Part shown: in pieces, positions 24,160 to 35,948 of the stretch
How the letters are laid out: every line of letters starts with the position of its first letter
Numbering within the stretch: position 1 is the first letter of the stretch
Source: an uncultured Actinomycetota bacterium
Lineage (GTDB): Bacteria; Actinomycetota; Actinomycetes; JACCUZ01
Assembly: GCA_963829565.1 (NCBI GenBank)
Contig: CAWHJC010000014.1
Span: 37,601 to 101,600, forward strand
Reading direction: 5' to 3'
DNA length: 64,000 bases
The notes under the pieces: model-generated
Told to the model about the DNA's origin: nothing
Seen by the model: the letters and a program-made list of their open reading frames with translations, nothing else
Databases searched by the model: none
Program-made: the position numbers and the translations under genes

Positions 24160-25657
24160 ATGCGCAAGATCGAGCACTGGATCGGTGGCAGCGCGACGTC
24201 GGGGGCGTCGACCCGCACGGCGCCCGTGTGGAACCCGGCGACCGGGGAGCAGCAGGCCGAGGTCGTGCTGGCGGAGCCCGCCGATGTCGACGCGGCGGTC
24301 GCCGCGGCCGGGAAGGCGTTCGACGAGTGGCGCGATGTCTCGGTCGTGAAGCGGGCCCGGGTCATGTTCGCCTTCCGCGACCTGGTCGAGCGGCACTCCC
24401 AGGAGCTGGCCCGGCTGGTGGCCTTCGAGCACGGCAAGGTCGTGGCCGACGCGTTGGGTGAGGTCACGCGAGGGCTCGAGGTCGTCGAGTTCGCCTGCGG
24501 CATCCCGCACCTGCTCAAGGGAGAGTTCTCCGAGCAGGTGTCGACCGACGTGGACTCCTGGTCGTTCCGCCAGCCGCTCGGCGTTGTCGCCGGCATCACG
24601 CCGTTCAACTTCCCGGTGATGGTGCCGATGTGGATGCACCCCATCGCGATCGCGACGGGCAACGCGTTCGTGCTCAAGCCGAGCGAGCGCGACCCGTCGG
24701 CAGCCAACTTCGTCGGCCAGCTCTATGCGGACGCCGGGCTCCCGGACGGGGTCTACAACGTCGTGCACGGCGACAAGGTGGCTGTCGACGCGATCCTCGA
24801 CCACCCGGAGGTGGCGGCGGTCTCGTTCGTCGGGTCGACGCCCATCGCGAAGTACATCTACGGCCGAGGCACCGCCTCGGGCAAGCGGGTGCAGGCCCTG
24901 GGCGGCGCGAAGAACCACGCGGTCGTGCTCCCGGACGCCGACCTCGACTTCGCCGCGGAGCACCTGGTGGCGGCGGGCTATGGGTCCGCCGGGCAACGCT
25001 GCATGGCGATCTCGGCGGTGGTCGCTGTGGGGGACGCGGGTGACCGGCTGGTCGAGAAGATCAAGGCGCTGACGGAGCAGCTCAGGGTCGGACCGGGCCA
25101 GGACGAGAGCTCGGAGATGGGACCGGTCGTCACCCGGGAGGCGCAGGCCCGGGTCCGGGACGCCATCGGCCGCGGGGTCGACGCCGGCGCGACGCTGGTC
25201 GTGGACGGTCGTGACGTCGCCGTTCCTGGGCACGAGAACGGCTTCTACGTCGGACCCAGCCTGCTCGACCACGTGAGCGCCGGACATGGACGTCTACACC
25301 GAGGAGATCTTCGGCCCGGTCCTCGAGGTGCTGCGGGCCGACACCTTCGACGAGGCGGTGCGGCTCGTCAACGCGAACCCGTACGGAAACGGGACGGCGA
25401 TCTTCACCTCGAACGGCGAGGCGGCTCGCACGTTCCAGCGCCGCGTCACGGTCGGCATGATCGGGGTGAACGTGCCGATCCCGGTGCCGATGGCGTTCCA
25501 CTCGTTCGGTGGCTGGAAGGACTCGCTGTTCGGCGACCGCCACGTTCACGGCACCGAGGGAGTCAGCTTCTACACCCAGGCGAAGGTCGTGACGAGCAGG
25601 TGGCCGCACGTCACGGACGCGACCGGCGCGGCGCTGGCCTTCCCGACGTCACAGTAG
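24160..25657 (+). CDS. mmsA: CoA-acylating methylmalonate-semialdehyde dehydrogenase (frameshift ~25280)
   Basis: [76 protein letters not shown]. Confidence 0.9.
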
Positions 25658-25661
25658 GGCG

Positions 25662-28077
25662 CTAGGAGAACTCGGCCAGCGTCTTCTCGGCCTCGACCAG
25701 CCAGCTCCGGCGGGCCTCCGCCGCGGCCTCGGCGTCGTCGGCCTTCTTGGCGTTGCCGGCGGCGCGCGCGGCCTCGGCTTCCTTCTCCAGGCCGGCGATG
25801 CTCGTGCGCAGCTGGGCCACGGTGGCCTCGGCCCGGGCCCGCGCCTCCGGGTTGGAGCGCGCCCACTCGGCCTCCTCGGCGCCGCGCACGGCCTCGTCGA
25901 CCTTCCGCAGCCGGTTCTCGATCTCGTCGCGAGAGGCCCGGGGGACGTGGCCGGCTGCTTCCCAGCGCTCGTGCACGGACCGCAGCGTGGTCCGGGCCGC
26001 ACGGTGGTCGGTGAGCGGGAGCAGCGCCTCGGCCTCCGCGAGCAGTGCGCGCTTCTTCTCGAGGTTGGTCGTCAGATCGGCGTCGCGGGCCGCGAAGACC
26101 TCGCTGCGCGCGGAGAAGAAGGTGTCCTGGGCAGCCCGGAACCTGGTCCACAGCTCGTCCTCGACGTCGCGACGCGCGCGACCGGCCGCCTTCCACTGGT
26201 CCATCAGGTCGCGGTAGCGCTTGGCGGTCTCGCCCCACTCCCTCGAGGTCGAGAGCGACTCGGCCTCCTTGATGAGCTTCTCCTTGCGCACCGCCGATTC
26301 CGCGCGGTGCTCGTCGAGCTCGGCGAAGTGGGCGCGGCGACGCTTGTCGAAGCCGGTGCGTGCATGGCTGAACCGCTTCCAGAGCGCATCGTCCACTTTG
26401 CGGTCCAGCCGCGGCGCGGCCTTCCACTCGTCCAGGAGGGTCCGCAGCCTGTCCCCGGTCTTCTTCCAGTCGCTCGACGTGGACAGCGACTCGGCCTCGG
26501 TGACGATCCGCTCCTTGGTGGCAGCAGCGCGCTCGCGCGCCTTCGCTCGTTCGGCGTCGCGACGAGCCTTGCGTGCGGCGATCGCCTCCGTCAGCGTGTC
26601 GAGCCGGGCAAGCAGGCCGGCCAGGTCACCGACGGCGCTGGCATCGGTCACGCCCTCACGCAGGTGGTCCACGGAGGTCTTGGCGTCCGCCAGGCTGACG
26701 CCCCCCGCGGCGACGCGCTGCTCGAGCAGCACGATCTGCCCGGCCAGCTCGTCGAACTTGCGGCCGAAGTACGCGAGCGCCTCCGGAGCCTCTGCGCCGG
26801 GATACGAGCCGACCGGGCGCTCGCCCTCGGCCGTCCGCACCCACACCGTCCCCTCCTCGTCCACCCGTCCCCACTGGTCGGGTCGGACGCGGGTGGCGCC
26901 GGTCGGAGGGCGAGCCGGCAGGCGCCGGCGCGGCAGGTGCCGGCGCGGCAGGTGCCGGCGCGGGTGCGGCAGGCGTGGCCGCTGCGGCGACCGCGGCCGG
27001 CGTGACCGGTGAGGCCGGCGGCTCGGTGATCGACGGATCGGCGCTCGGCTGCGTCGGCTGCGCGGGCTGCGTCGGCTGCACGGGCTGGGCCGGTGCGGCG
27101 TCGGGAGCAGGGCTGGCGTGCGGCGGCTCGGACTCGACAGCAGGCACCGCCGCGTCGGGCGCTGCCGCCGGTGGGGTCGGCGGGGTCGGCGGCGGGGTCG
27201 GCGTGACCGGCGGCGGAGTCGGCACGGCAGGGGCCGCCGGCTCGGCGCGGACCGGCTGCCCGGGCTCGACGGGCGGGACGTCGGGGGTCGGGCCGGGTGC
27301 CGGTTGCTCGGGTGGGGCCGGTAGCTCGGGTGCGCCCGGCTTCTCGGGCTGGGCCGGTGCCGGCGCGGGCGCGGCGGGTGCGGCCGCCGCAGCGACCGCG
27401 GCCGGCGTGACCGGTGACGTCGCCACATCGGGGATCGACGGCTCGGCGCTCGGCTGCCCCGTCTGCACCGGCTGCTCGGCCTGGGCTGGTGCGACGTCGG
27501 GGGTCGGGCTGGGTGCCGGTTGCTCGGATGGGGCCGGTGGCTCTGGTGGGGCCGGTGGCTCGACCTGGGCCGGTGCGACGTCGGGAGTAGGGCTTGCCAG
27601 CGGCTGCGCGGCATCGACCTGAGGGACGTCGGGGGTCGGGCCGGGGACCGGCTGCTCTGGCTGGGCTGGCGGCGTGACCGGCGGGGTCGGCACGGCGGGG
27701 GTCGCTGGCTCGGCGAGCGCCGGCTGCTCCGGCCGGGTCGGCGTCGGCGGGGTCGGCGGCGGGGTCGGCGGGGTCGGCACGGCAGGGGTCGCTGGCTCAG
27801 CCGAGGTCGACAGATCGGGTTGGCCCGGCGGGACGTCGGGTTTCGGGGCGGGGACAGGCAGCTCGGACTCGACCGGTGGGACGTCGGGGGTCGGGCCGGG
27901 CGCCGGCTGCTCGGGCTCGACCGGCGGCACGTCAGGGGTCGGCGCGGGCGCCGGGGGCTCGGGCACTGGCGGGACGTCGGGGGTCGGTGCTGGGACCGGG
28001 GGCTCGGGCTCGGCGGGCGGGACGACGGGTTGGTCCGGTGGCTGCTCCTCGACCGGCCGCTCGGGGTGTTCGGTCAC
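25662..28077 (-). CDS. DUF349 domain protein with ~390-aa Pro/Ala-rich repetitive N-terminus (frameshift ~26900-26950)
   Basis: WGRVDEEGTVWVRT; three helical repeats K..I..EAE.L....W...WK.......LW.RF; position between relA and PPIase. Confidence 0.85.
26930..28050 (-). repeat. Coding imperfect repeats (PTPDV units, AEPATPAVPTPP, SPVTPAAVAAAA)
   Basis: PTPDV seven times in the 26656..28077 ORF; GGGACGTCGGGGGTCGG recurs on the + strand. Confidence 0.85.
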
Positions 28078-28078
28078 G

Positions 28079-28930
28079 TCAGCCCTTCCCGATCCGGACG
28101 CGCTCGATGGTCACCGGCTGTGCCGGCTTGCCGTCCTCGCCGCCACCCTCGACACCGGCCTCGGCGACCGCCGACACCACATCGAGCCCCTTCGTGATCG
28201 TCCCGAACACCGTGTAGCTCGGCGGCAGGGTCGTGTCCTCGTACACCAGGAAGAACTGGCTGCCGTTGGTGCCCGCGCCCGCGTTCGCCATCGCGACTGT
28301 CCCGGCCGGGTAGTTGGCCTCCCCGTCGACCGGCAGGTTCTCCTCGCCGAACTGGTAGCCCGGCCCACCGCTGCCGGTGCCGGTCGGGTCACCGCACTGG
28401 AGCACGAAGATCCCGCTGGTGGTGAGCCGGTGGCAGGAGGTCCCGTCGAAGTAGCCCTCGGTTGCGAGATGCCGGAAGCTGTTGGTGGTGCACGGCGCCT
28501 CGGCCGTGGCCATCTCGATGGTCACCGGCCCCTGGTCGGTGCGCAGGGTGGCCGTGAACGGCTTGCGGTAGCTCGCTGCCTTGTCCACGTCGTACGTCGG
28601 CAGGCCCACGTCCTTCGACGCCGGCTCGGGCGTCTTGCTGTACGTGCAGCCAGCCCCCTCGGTCGTGCTGGGCGACGGAGTCGCGGACGGCGAGGCACTG
28701 GCCGACGCGGTGTCCTTGTCCTTGCTCTTGGTGGCGACCGTCGAGTCGTCGCCTCCGTCCTGGGTGATCGCCAGCGCGACGACGCCGGCCGCTACGAGCA
28801 GGACGGCGACGAGCACAGCCGCGCCTTGCTGCAGCTTGCGGCGGCGCGCCTGGGCGGCCTGCCGCCGGGCCTGCTGCCGCTCGTAGTGCTCCCGCGCAAG
28901 CTGCTTCTCCCGCCTCGCGCTGCCGGCCAC
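28079..28930 (-). CDS. Membrane-anchored cyclophilin-type peptidylprolyl isomerase
   Basis: Basic N-terminus and TM helix; APCTTNSF, CHRLTTSGIFVLQCGDPTGTGSGGPGY, GTVAMANAG, NGSQFF, YTVFG. Confidence 0.92.
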   Translation of the reverse strand: MAGSARREKQLAREHYERQQARRQAAQARRRKLQQGAAVLVAVLLVAAGVVALAITQDGGDDSTVATKSKDKDTASASASPSATPSPSTTEGAGCTYSKTPEPASKDVGLPTYDVDKAASYRKPFTATLRTDQGPVTIEMATAEAPCTTNSFRHLATEGYFDGTSCHRLTTSGIFVLQCGDPTGTGSGGPGYQFGEENLPVDGEANYPAGTVAMANAGAGTNGSQFFLVYEDTTLPPSYTVFGTITKGLDVVSAVAEAGVEGGGEDGKPAQPVTIERVRIGKG

Positions 28931-29086
28931 GCCATGCCTCCCGTCATCGATCGTCCTCGCTCGGTCGCACAGTGTAGGTGGGCGGCGGGGACGAGGACGG
29001 GTCTGGGCGTGCGCGCGTTCGCCGGGCCGCTCCGGCCGCCGGTAGGCTCGCACGGTCCAGATCCACCGCACCCACGAAGGGCGCCT

Positions 29087-29781
29087 GTGCTCATCACCGG
29101 CTTCCCCGCCGCCGCCTTCGGCACCAACTGCTACGTCGTGGCCCCCGGCCCGGGCGAGCACGCGGTCGTCGTGGACCCGGGCATCGAGGTGGTCGACGAG
29201 CTGGACGACCTGCTGCGCGAGCACCGGCTGCAGCCCGTGGCGGTCCTGCTCACCCACGGACATCTCGACCACACCTTCTCGGTGACCCCGGTGTGCGGGG
29301 CTCGCGGCATCCCGGCGTACATCCATCCCGGCGACGAGCACCTGCTGGCCGACCCGATGGCCGGCGTCTCCCGGGAGACGGCCGCGCTGTTCGGCGGGCG
29401 CCTGGAGTGGACCGAGCCGGACGACGTCAAGATGCTCGCCGACGGCGAGGCGCTGTCCATCGCCGGTCTCGAGGTCACGGTGGACCACGCCCCGGGTCAC
29501 ACCCCGGGGTCGGTGGCCTTCCGGCTGCCCGCCGACGAGGGGCCGAGCGGCCGCCGGTGATGCTGTCCGGCGACCTGCTCTTCGCCGGCTCCATCGGCCG
29601 CACCGACCTGCCCGGCGGGGACACCGCCCAGATGATGGAGAGCCTGGCTCGTACCGTCCTGACCCTCGAGGACGATGTCGTGGTGCTGCCCGGCCACGGC
29701 CCGCAGACGACGATCGGCCGGGAGCGGGCCACCAACCCGTTCCTGCGCGACCTCGTGGCCGCCCCGGCGCGGGGTCTCTAG
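29087..29781 (+). CDS. MBL-fold metallo-hydrolase (glyoxalase II-like), frameshift ~29530
   Basis: LLTHGHLDH, HAPGHTPGS, SGDLLFAGSIGRTDLPGG, LPGHG. Confidence 0.9.
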
Positions 29782-29785
29782 GACC

Positions 29786-31207
29786 ATGGCGCGCATCGCA
29801 CCACTGTCCGGCTTCCCGGAGTGGCTCCCCACCCAGCGGGTGGTCGAGCAGCACGTCCTGGACACACTGCGCGAGGTCTTCGAGCTGCACGGGTTCGCCT
29901 CGATCGAGACCCGCGCGGTCGAGCCGCTCGACCAGCTCCTGCGCAAGGGGGAGACCGACAAGGAGGTCTACGTCCTGCGCCGGCTGCAGGGGGAGGACGC
30001 CGGCCCCGAGGCAGTGACCGGGTCGACGCTGGGGCTGCACTTCGACCTCACGGTGCCGCTGGCCCGCTACGTCCTGGAGAACGCCGGCCACCTCGAGTTC
30101 CCGTTCCGCCGCTACCAGATCCAGAAGGCATGGCGCGGTGAGCGGCCGCAGGAGGGTCGTTACCGCGAGTTCACCCAGGCCGACATCGACGTCATCGGTC
30201 GCGACACGCTGTCGTTCCACCACGAGGTGGAGGTGGCGCAGGTCATGGCCGAGGTCTTCGCCCGGCTGCCGCTGCCCCCGGTGCGGCTGCAGGTCAACAG
30301 TCGCAAGCTGATCGAGGGCTACTACCGCGGTGTCGGCGTGGACACCGGGAGCATCGCGGACGTCATGCGCATCGTCGACAAGCTCGACAAGGTCGGCCCT
30401 GACGGCGTCGTCACCCTCCTGGTCGCCGAGGCCGGGCTGTCCGAGCAGCAGGCCCGGTCGTGCGTCGCGCTGACCGAGGTGACGGCCGACGGCGACGACC
30501 TCGAGGGCAAGGTCAAGGCTCTCGGCGTCGACCACCCGATGCTCGACGAGGGCGTCGGCGAGCTGTCGCGGGTCCTGCGCGGCACGGCGTCGTTGCGGTC
30601 CGACAAGTTCTCCGTGGTGGCCGACCTCCGCATCGCCCGAGGTCTCGACTACTACACCGGCACCGTCTACGAGACGCGGATGGCCGGCTTCGAGCACCTG
30701 GGGTCGATCTGTTCCGGAGGTCGCTACGACGCGCTGGCGAGCGACGGCCGCACGACCTATCCGGGCGTCGGCATCTCGCTCGGCGTGACCCGGGCCATCG
30801 GGCCGCTGCTCTCGCGCGGGCTGCTCACCGCGTCCCGGTCGACGCCGACCTGCGTCCTGGTGGCGCTGCCCGACGAGGAGTCCCGGGCGGACGTCGAGGG
30901 GCTCGCCACCCGGCTGCGGTCGCGGGGCGTGGCGACCGAGGTCTCACCGACGGCGGCGAAGTACGGCAAGCAGATCCGCTACGCCGAGCGGCGCGGCATC
31001 CCGTTCGTCTGGTTCCCCCAGGACGACGGCAGCCACCAGGTACGCGACATCCGCACGGGCGAGCAGGTCGACGCTGATGCCGCGGCGTGGGTCCCGCCAC
31101 CGGAGGACCTGCGCCCGACCGTCTCCGGCGCCCCGTACCTGACACGCCGGCCACCCGGTCGACGACCGGACCGGCCCCTCTCCCACGTACGAAGGGCTTT
31201 CCCGTGA
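29786..31207 (+). CDS. hisS: Histidine--tRNA ligase (true stop may be near 31142)
   Basis: [54 protein letters not shown]. Confidence 0.95.
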   Translation: MARIAPLSGFPEWLPTQRVVEQHVLDTLREVFELHGFASIETRAVEPLDQLLRKGETDKEVYVLRRLQGEDAGPEAVTGSTLGLHFDLTVPLARYVLENAGHLEFPFRRYQIQKAWRGERPQEGRYREFTQADIDVIGRDTLSFHHEVEVAQVMAEVFARLPLPPVRLQVNSRKLIEGYYRGVGVDTGSIADVMRIVDKLDKVGPDGVVTLLVAEAGLSEQQARSCVALTEVTADGDDLEGKVKALGVDHPMLDEGVGELSRVLRGTASLRSDKFSVVADLRIARGLDYYTGTVYETRMAGFEHLGSICSGGRYDALASDGRTTYPGVGISLGVTRAIGPLLSRGLLTASRSTPTCVLVALPDEESRADVEGLATRLRSRGVATEVSPTAAKYGKQIRYAERRGIPFVWFPQDDGSHQVRDIRTGEQVDADAAAWVPPPEDLRPTVSGAPYLTRRPPGRRPDRPLSHVRRAFP

Positions 31208-33002
31208 TCCGCACCCACACCGCCGGCGCGCTGCGCTCCTCGCACGCCGGCCAGACCGTCACGCTGGCCGGCTGGGTCGCGCGCCGCCGCGACCACGGCG
31301 GGGTCGCGTTCATCGACCTGCGGGACGCCAGTGGCTACGTGCAGGTCGTCGTGCGCGACGAGGACGTCGCCGCCGGGCTGCGCAACGAGTTCGTCCTGCG
31401 CATCGAGGGCGAGGTCAGCCTTCGGCCCGGAGGGGAACGCGAACCCCAACCTGCCCACGGGCGACATCGAGGTCGTGGCCAAGGACGTCGAGATCCTCAG
31501 TGAGTCGGCGCCGCTGCCGTTCCAGATCGACGAGCACGTCGAGGTCGGTGAGGAGGTGCGGCTCAAGCACCGCTACCTCGACCTGCGTCGACCGGGGCCG
31601 GCCGCGGCGATGAGGCTGCGCAGCGAGGTCAACCGGGTCGCGCGCGAGGTGCTGCACGACCGCGACTTCGTCGAGATCGAGACGCCCACGCTCACCCGGT
31701 CGACGCCCGAAGGCGCCCGTGACTTCCTGGTGCCCGCGCGGCTGCAGCCCGGCAGCTGGTACGCCCTGCCGCAGTCCCCGCAGCTGTTCAAGCAGCTGCT
31801 GATGGTGGCCGGCATGGAGCGTTACTTCCAGATCGCCCGCTGCTACCGCGACGAGGACTTCCGCGCGGACCGGCAGCCGGAGTTCACCCAGCTGGACATC
31901 GAGATGAGCTTCGTCGACCAGGACGACGTCCTCGAGCTCGGCGAGGCGGTGATGAGTGCGTTGTGGCGGCTGATCGGCCACGAGATCCCGCTGCCCATCC
32001 CGCGGATGACGTACGCGGAGGCGATGACCCGGTTCGGCAGCGACAAGCCGGACCTGCGGTTCGGCCAGGAGCTCGTCGACTCCACCGCCTACTTCTCCGA
32101 CACGCCGTTCCGCGTGTTCCAGGCGCCCTACGTCGGAGCCGTCGTGATGCCGGGCGGCGCGTCGCAGTCGCGCAAGGAGCTCGACGGCTGGCAGGACTGG
32201 GCGAAGGCCCGGGGCGCGCGCGGTCTCGCGTACGTCCTGATCGGCGAGGACGGCGAGCTGGGCGGGCCGGCGGCGAAGAACATCTCGGACGGACGAGCGG
32301 GCGGGGCTCGCCGCGCACGCGGGCGCGTCTCCCGGCGACGCGGTCTTCTTCGGTGCCGGCGAGCCGGCGGCCACGAGATCGCTGCTCGGCGCCGCCCGGC
32401 TGGAGATCGGGCGCAGGTGCGGGCTGATCGACGAGTCGGCGTGGTCCTTCCTCTGGGTGGTCGACGCCCCGCTGTTCGAGCCCAGCTCGGCCGCTCGGGC
32501 CAGCGGTGACGTGGCCGTCGGAGCCGGCGCGTGGACGGCAGTGCACCACGCCTTCACCTCGCCGCGACCCGAGTGGATGGACACGTTCCAGGACGACCCC
32601 GAGCACGCGCTGGCCTACGCCTACGACCTCGTCTGCAACGGGAACGAGATCGGCGGCGGCTCGATCCGAATCCACCGCCGCGACGTGCAGCAGCGCGTGT
32701 TCGAGGTCATGGGTCTCTCGGCGGAGGAGGCGCAGGAGAAGTTCGGGTTCCTGCTCGACGCTTTCAGCTACGGCGCCCCGCCGCACGGCGGCATCGCCTT
32801 CGGCTGGGACCGGATCAGCGCGCTGCTCGCCGGCACCGAGTCGATCAGGGACGTCATTGCGTTCCCGAAGAGCGGTGGCGGCTACGACCCGCTCACCGCC
32901 GCGCCGGCACCGATCACCCCGGAGCAGCGCAAGGAGGCCGGGGTCGACGCGGTGCCTCAGACGGCCAAGCCGGGAGAGCCGCCCAACCCGGTCCGCTCCT
33001 GA
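31204..33002 (+). CDS. aspS: Aspartate--tRNA(Asp/Asn) ligase (indels)
   Basis: [68 protein letters not shown]. Confidence 0.95.
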
Positions 33003-33005
33003 CGG

Positions 33006-33769
33006 CTACCGCCGCTCGACGAGCCGCCCGCTGGTGAGCTCGTGCGCGCAGGCGAAGCCGAGCCGGCGGTAGACCCGGCGGGCGCCGTCGTTGTCGCTGT
33101 ACATCCCGAGCGTCACGACACCGCTGCCCGCGTCGAGCAGCCGCCGGGTCAGCCAGGCGGTGACCGCGGCGCCCAGTCCGCTGCCCCGGTGGTCGCCGTG
33201 GGTGACGATCGACGCGAGGTGCGGGCACCCCGGGGCGGCGCTCGGTGTGCGCAGCGGCCGCAACGAGGGAGCCGGCGGGGTCCCGGACTCCGCACCAGCC
33301 CATGACGCCGGCGTCGCCGGGTGCCACGTCGGCGCGCGGGCTCCATCCGGCGAGCAGCGCGGTGACCTCGCCGAGGTCGCTGTCCGCGAGCGGCCGGACG
33401 TCCGCCTCGCGCTGCTGCACGGGGGGCGGGCGCGTGGTGGAGAGCCACTCCCAGTCGTTGCGCGGATCCAGCGCGTACGGAGGGGGAAGCAGCCGGTCCG
33501 CGTCCCGAGGCAGGCTGACCGACCCGATGTCGGCCGCCCCGTCCTCCAGGGCCGCCACGAGCAGGTCGACCGCCGCCTGGTGCGACCCGAGCGCGACCAG
33601 GTGGCCCCGGCCCGGCCACCCGGCGCGACGGCAGCACCCAGCCGACGGCGCCGTCCTCCGCCGCGAACGTCGCGGTCACCCGTTCCGGATCGGCCTCGGC
33701 TGCGACGTACGGGTCGTCGCCCGTCAGGGTCAGCAGCTCCGGGACACCCGACAGCCGGCGCACCGTCAC
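33006..33769 (-). CDS. GNAT family N-acetyltransferase (frameshifted)
   Basis: HLASIVTHGDHRGSGLGAAVT (acetyl-CoA motif), LGMYSDNDGARRVYRRLGF; GTGA overlap with MMPL stop. Confidence 0.8.
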
Positions 33770-35925
33770 GGCTGGACCGGTGCGGCGGCCGGGTCCTCGG
33801 CCGGCCGGGGGTGCGGCAGCGGGGGTGGCTCGACGTGCTCGCGCAGTCCGATCCGGTCGTGCACGCGGCGCAGCCAGTCGGGAGCCCACCAGTTCCGGTC
33901 ACCCAGCAGAGTCATCGTCGCGGGCACCAGCAGGCAGCGCACGATCGTCGCGTCGACCGCCACCGCTGTGGCCAGCGCGACGCCCATCTGCTTGATGCCG
34001 AGCAGCTTCCCGGCGGCGAAGCCGAGGAACACGATGAAGATGAGCAGGGCGGCCGAGGTGATGATGCGGCCGCTGCGCTGCAGCCCGATCTCGACCGCCT
34101 TGTCGTTCGACATCCCGGAGTCGTAGAGCTCTTTGATCCGCGAGAGCAGGAACACCTCGTAGTCCATCGACAGGCCGAACGCGAAGGCGAAGACGATGAC
34201 GGGGACCCAGGTCTCCAGCCCGCCGGACGGGGTGAAGCCGAGCAGGTCGGAGCCGTACCCCTCCTGGAAGACCAGGACGAGGACGCCGAAGGTCGCACCG
34301 AGCGACAGCGTGTTCATCACGAGCGCCTTCACCGGGACCAGCACCGACCCGGTCATCAGGAACAGCAGCACGAAGGTGCCGAGGCCGAGCACCAGGGCTG
34401 CACCGGGCAGGCCGTCCTTGACGATGTCCTGGAAGTCCAGGAGCACGGCCGCGTCACCGGTGACCCAGGTGCGGAAGTCGGGCCGCTCGTCGCGCAGCGC
34501 CCGGACCAGGTCCTTGGCCTGCTGTCCCTGGCTCTCGCCGTGCGGTGTCAGCTCCATGCTCGACCAGCCGTTGCGACGCGGCGTCACCTCGCCGACCCGC
34601 TCCACCTGGGGCAGGTCGGCGACCGTGCCGGCGTACGACTGGAGCCGCTCGGCGGGCACGCGCGCCAGGACGATCACCGGCTCGGTGGCCTCGGTGGCCG
34701 GGAAGAGCTCGGCGGTGCGGTCGGCGAACTGCCGGCTCTCGAAGCTCTCTGGCAGCAGGTCCGCGCCGCCGTTGCGGAAGCTCGCGTGCAGGAAGGGCGC
34801 CCCGGCGGCGAGCAAGAGGGCCGACAGCAGGACCGTCACGAGCAGTGCGCGACGCTGGGTGGCGCGGGCCAGCCGGGCGAAGAAGCCGTCGTCACTGACC
34901 CTGTTCGTCGGGACAGTGACCCGGCGCTGGAACAGGGACAGCAGGGCCGGCGTCAGGGTCAGCCCCGCGGCGAGCGCGACGATCACGACACTGACACCGG
35001 CCGCGCCCAGCGCGCGGAAGATCGGGTCGTCGAAGACGAAGAGGCCGCAGAGCGAGGTGGCAACCGTGAGCGCGGAGAACGAGATGGTCCGTCCGGCCGT
35101 CGACATCGCGACGGCGACCGCGTCGTCCGGCCCGCGGCCGAGGCCACGCTCCTCGCGGTAGCGCGCGACGATCAGCAATGCGTAGTCGATCGAGAGGCCG
35201 AGGCCCATCACGGTCGTCACGGACGGCACCGACGGGTCGAGGTCGAGCTGGAAGGACAGCGCGTACAGCGTGGCCAGTCCGCCCGCGATCGACGCGAGGG
35301 CGCCGATGAACGGGATGCCGGCCGCGACCAGGCCGCCGAACAGGAACACCATCACCACCAGCGTGATGGGGAGTGCCACGAACTCGCCGAGCTCGGTGTC
35401 CCGCTGGGACTGCTCGGCCAGCTCGTCCTCGAGCAGCAGGTCGCCGCCGACCAGCACGTCGAGCCCGCCGCCGGCCATCGCCCGGAGGTGTTCGGTGCTC
35501 GTGTCGACGGCGTGGTCCCACCGCGCTCCGTCGAGGTGCTTCTCGATGTCGACGACGAGCAGGGCCGCCCGACGGTCGGCCGTGACGAGACCGAGCTGGG
35601 TGGCGCCGAGCGGGTCGACGACCCGGCCGACACCGTCGACGTTGCCGATCTCCGTCGCTGCCTGGCTGACCCGGCGCGCCTGCGCGGTGCCGCTCGCGAG
35701 CGGCCGGTCGGACTCGACGAGCGCGAGGATCCGCGGTCCGAACTCGGCCGACTCGGAGAGCCGGTCGTAGCCGGCGAAGCTCTCGACCGTGGTGCCGCTG
35801 TAGTCCGTCCCGAGCCGCCCGAAGACCTGGACGCCGAGCACGATCCCGCCGACGAACGCCGCGAGCCAGGCCAGCGCGACCACGCGCCGGTGCCGCACGC
35901 AGAAGCGACCGAGAGCTGACAGCAC
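33766..35925 (-). CDS. MMPL family RND transporter
   Basis: Two Asp-Tyr proton-relay motifs ([18 protein letters not shown]), DATIVR, about 12 TM segments. Confidence 0.92.
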   Translation of the reverse strand: MLSALGRFCVRHRRVVALAWLAAFVGGIVLGVQVFGRLGTDYSGTTVESFAGYDRLSESAEFGPRILALVESDRPLASGTAQARRVSQAATEIGNVDGVGRVVDPLGATQLGLVTADRRAALLVVDIEKHLDGARWDHAVDTSTEHLRAMAGGGLDVLVGGDLLLEDELAEQSQRDTELGEFVALPITLVVMVFLFGGLVAAGIPFIGALASIAGGLATLYALSFQLDLDPSVPSVTTVMGLGLSIDYALLIVARYREERGLGRGPDDAVAVAMSTAGRTISFSALTVATSLCGLFVFDDPIFRALGAAGVSVVIVALAAGLTLTPALLSLFQRRVTVPTNRVSDDGFFARLARATQRRALLVTVLLSALLLAAGAPFLHASFRNGGADLLPESFESRQFADRTAELFPATEATEPVIVLARVPAERLQSYAGTVADLPQVERVGEVTPRRNGWSSMELTPHGESQGQQAKDLVRALRDERPDFRTWVTGDAAVLLDFQDIVKDGLPGAALVLGLGTFVLLFLMTGSVLVPVKALVMNTLSLGATFGVLVLVFQEGYGSDLLGFTPSGGLETWVPVIVFAFAFGLSMDYEVFLLSRIKELYDSGMSNDKAVEIGLQRSGRIITSAALLIFIVFLGFAAGKLLGIKQMGVALATAVAVDATIVRCLLVPATMTLLGDRNWWAPDWLRRVHDRIGLREHVEPPPLPHPRPAEDPAAAPVQP

Positions 35926-35948
35926 CGGCCCATTGTTACGGTCGGGCG

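Noticed and set aside
26930-28050. CRISPR array in the repeat-rich region
   Set aside because: Repeats are degenerate, in-frame and Pro-coding, with no constant repeat-spacer period and no cas genes
28079-30697. 872-aa minus-strand ORF and similar long ORFs (10143-12104, 33091-35919, 39301-42183)
   Set aside because: Antisense shadows of real genes in high-GC DNA; only 28079-28930 of the first encodes a recognisable protein
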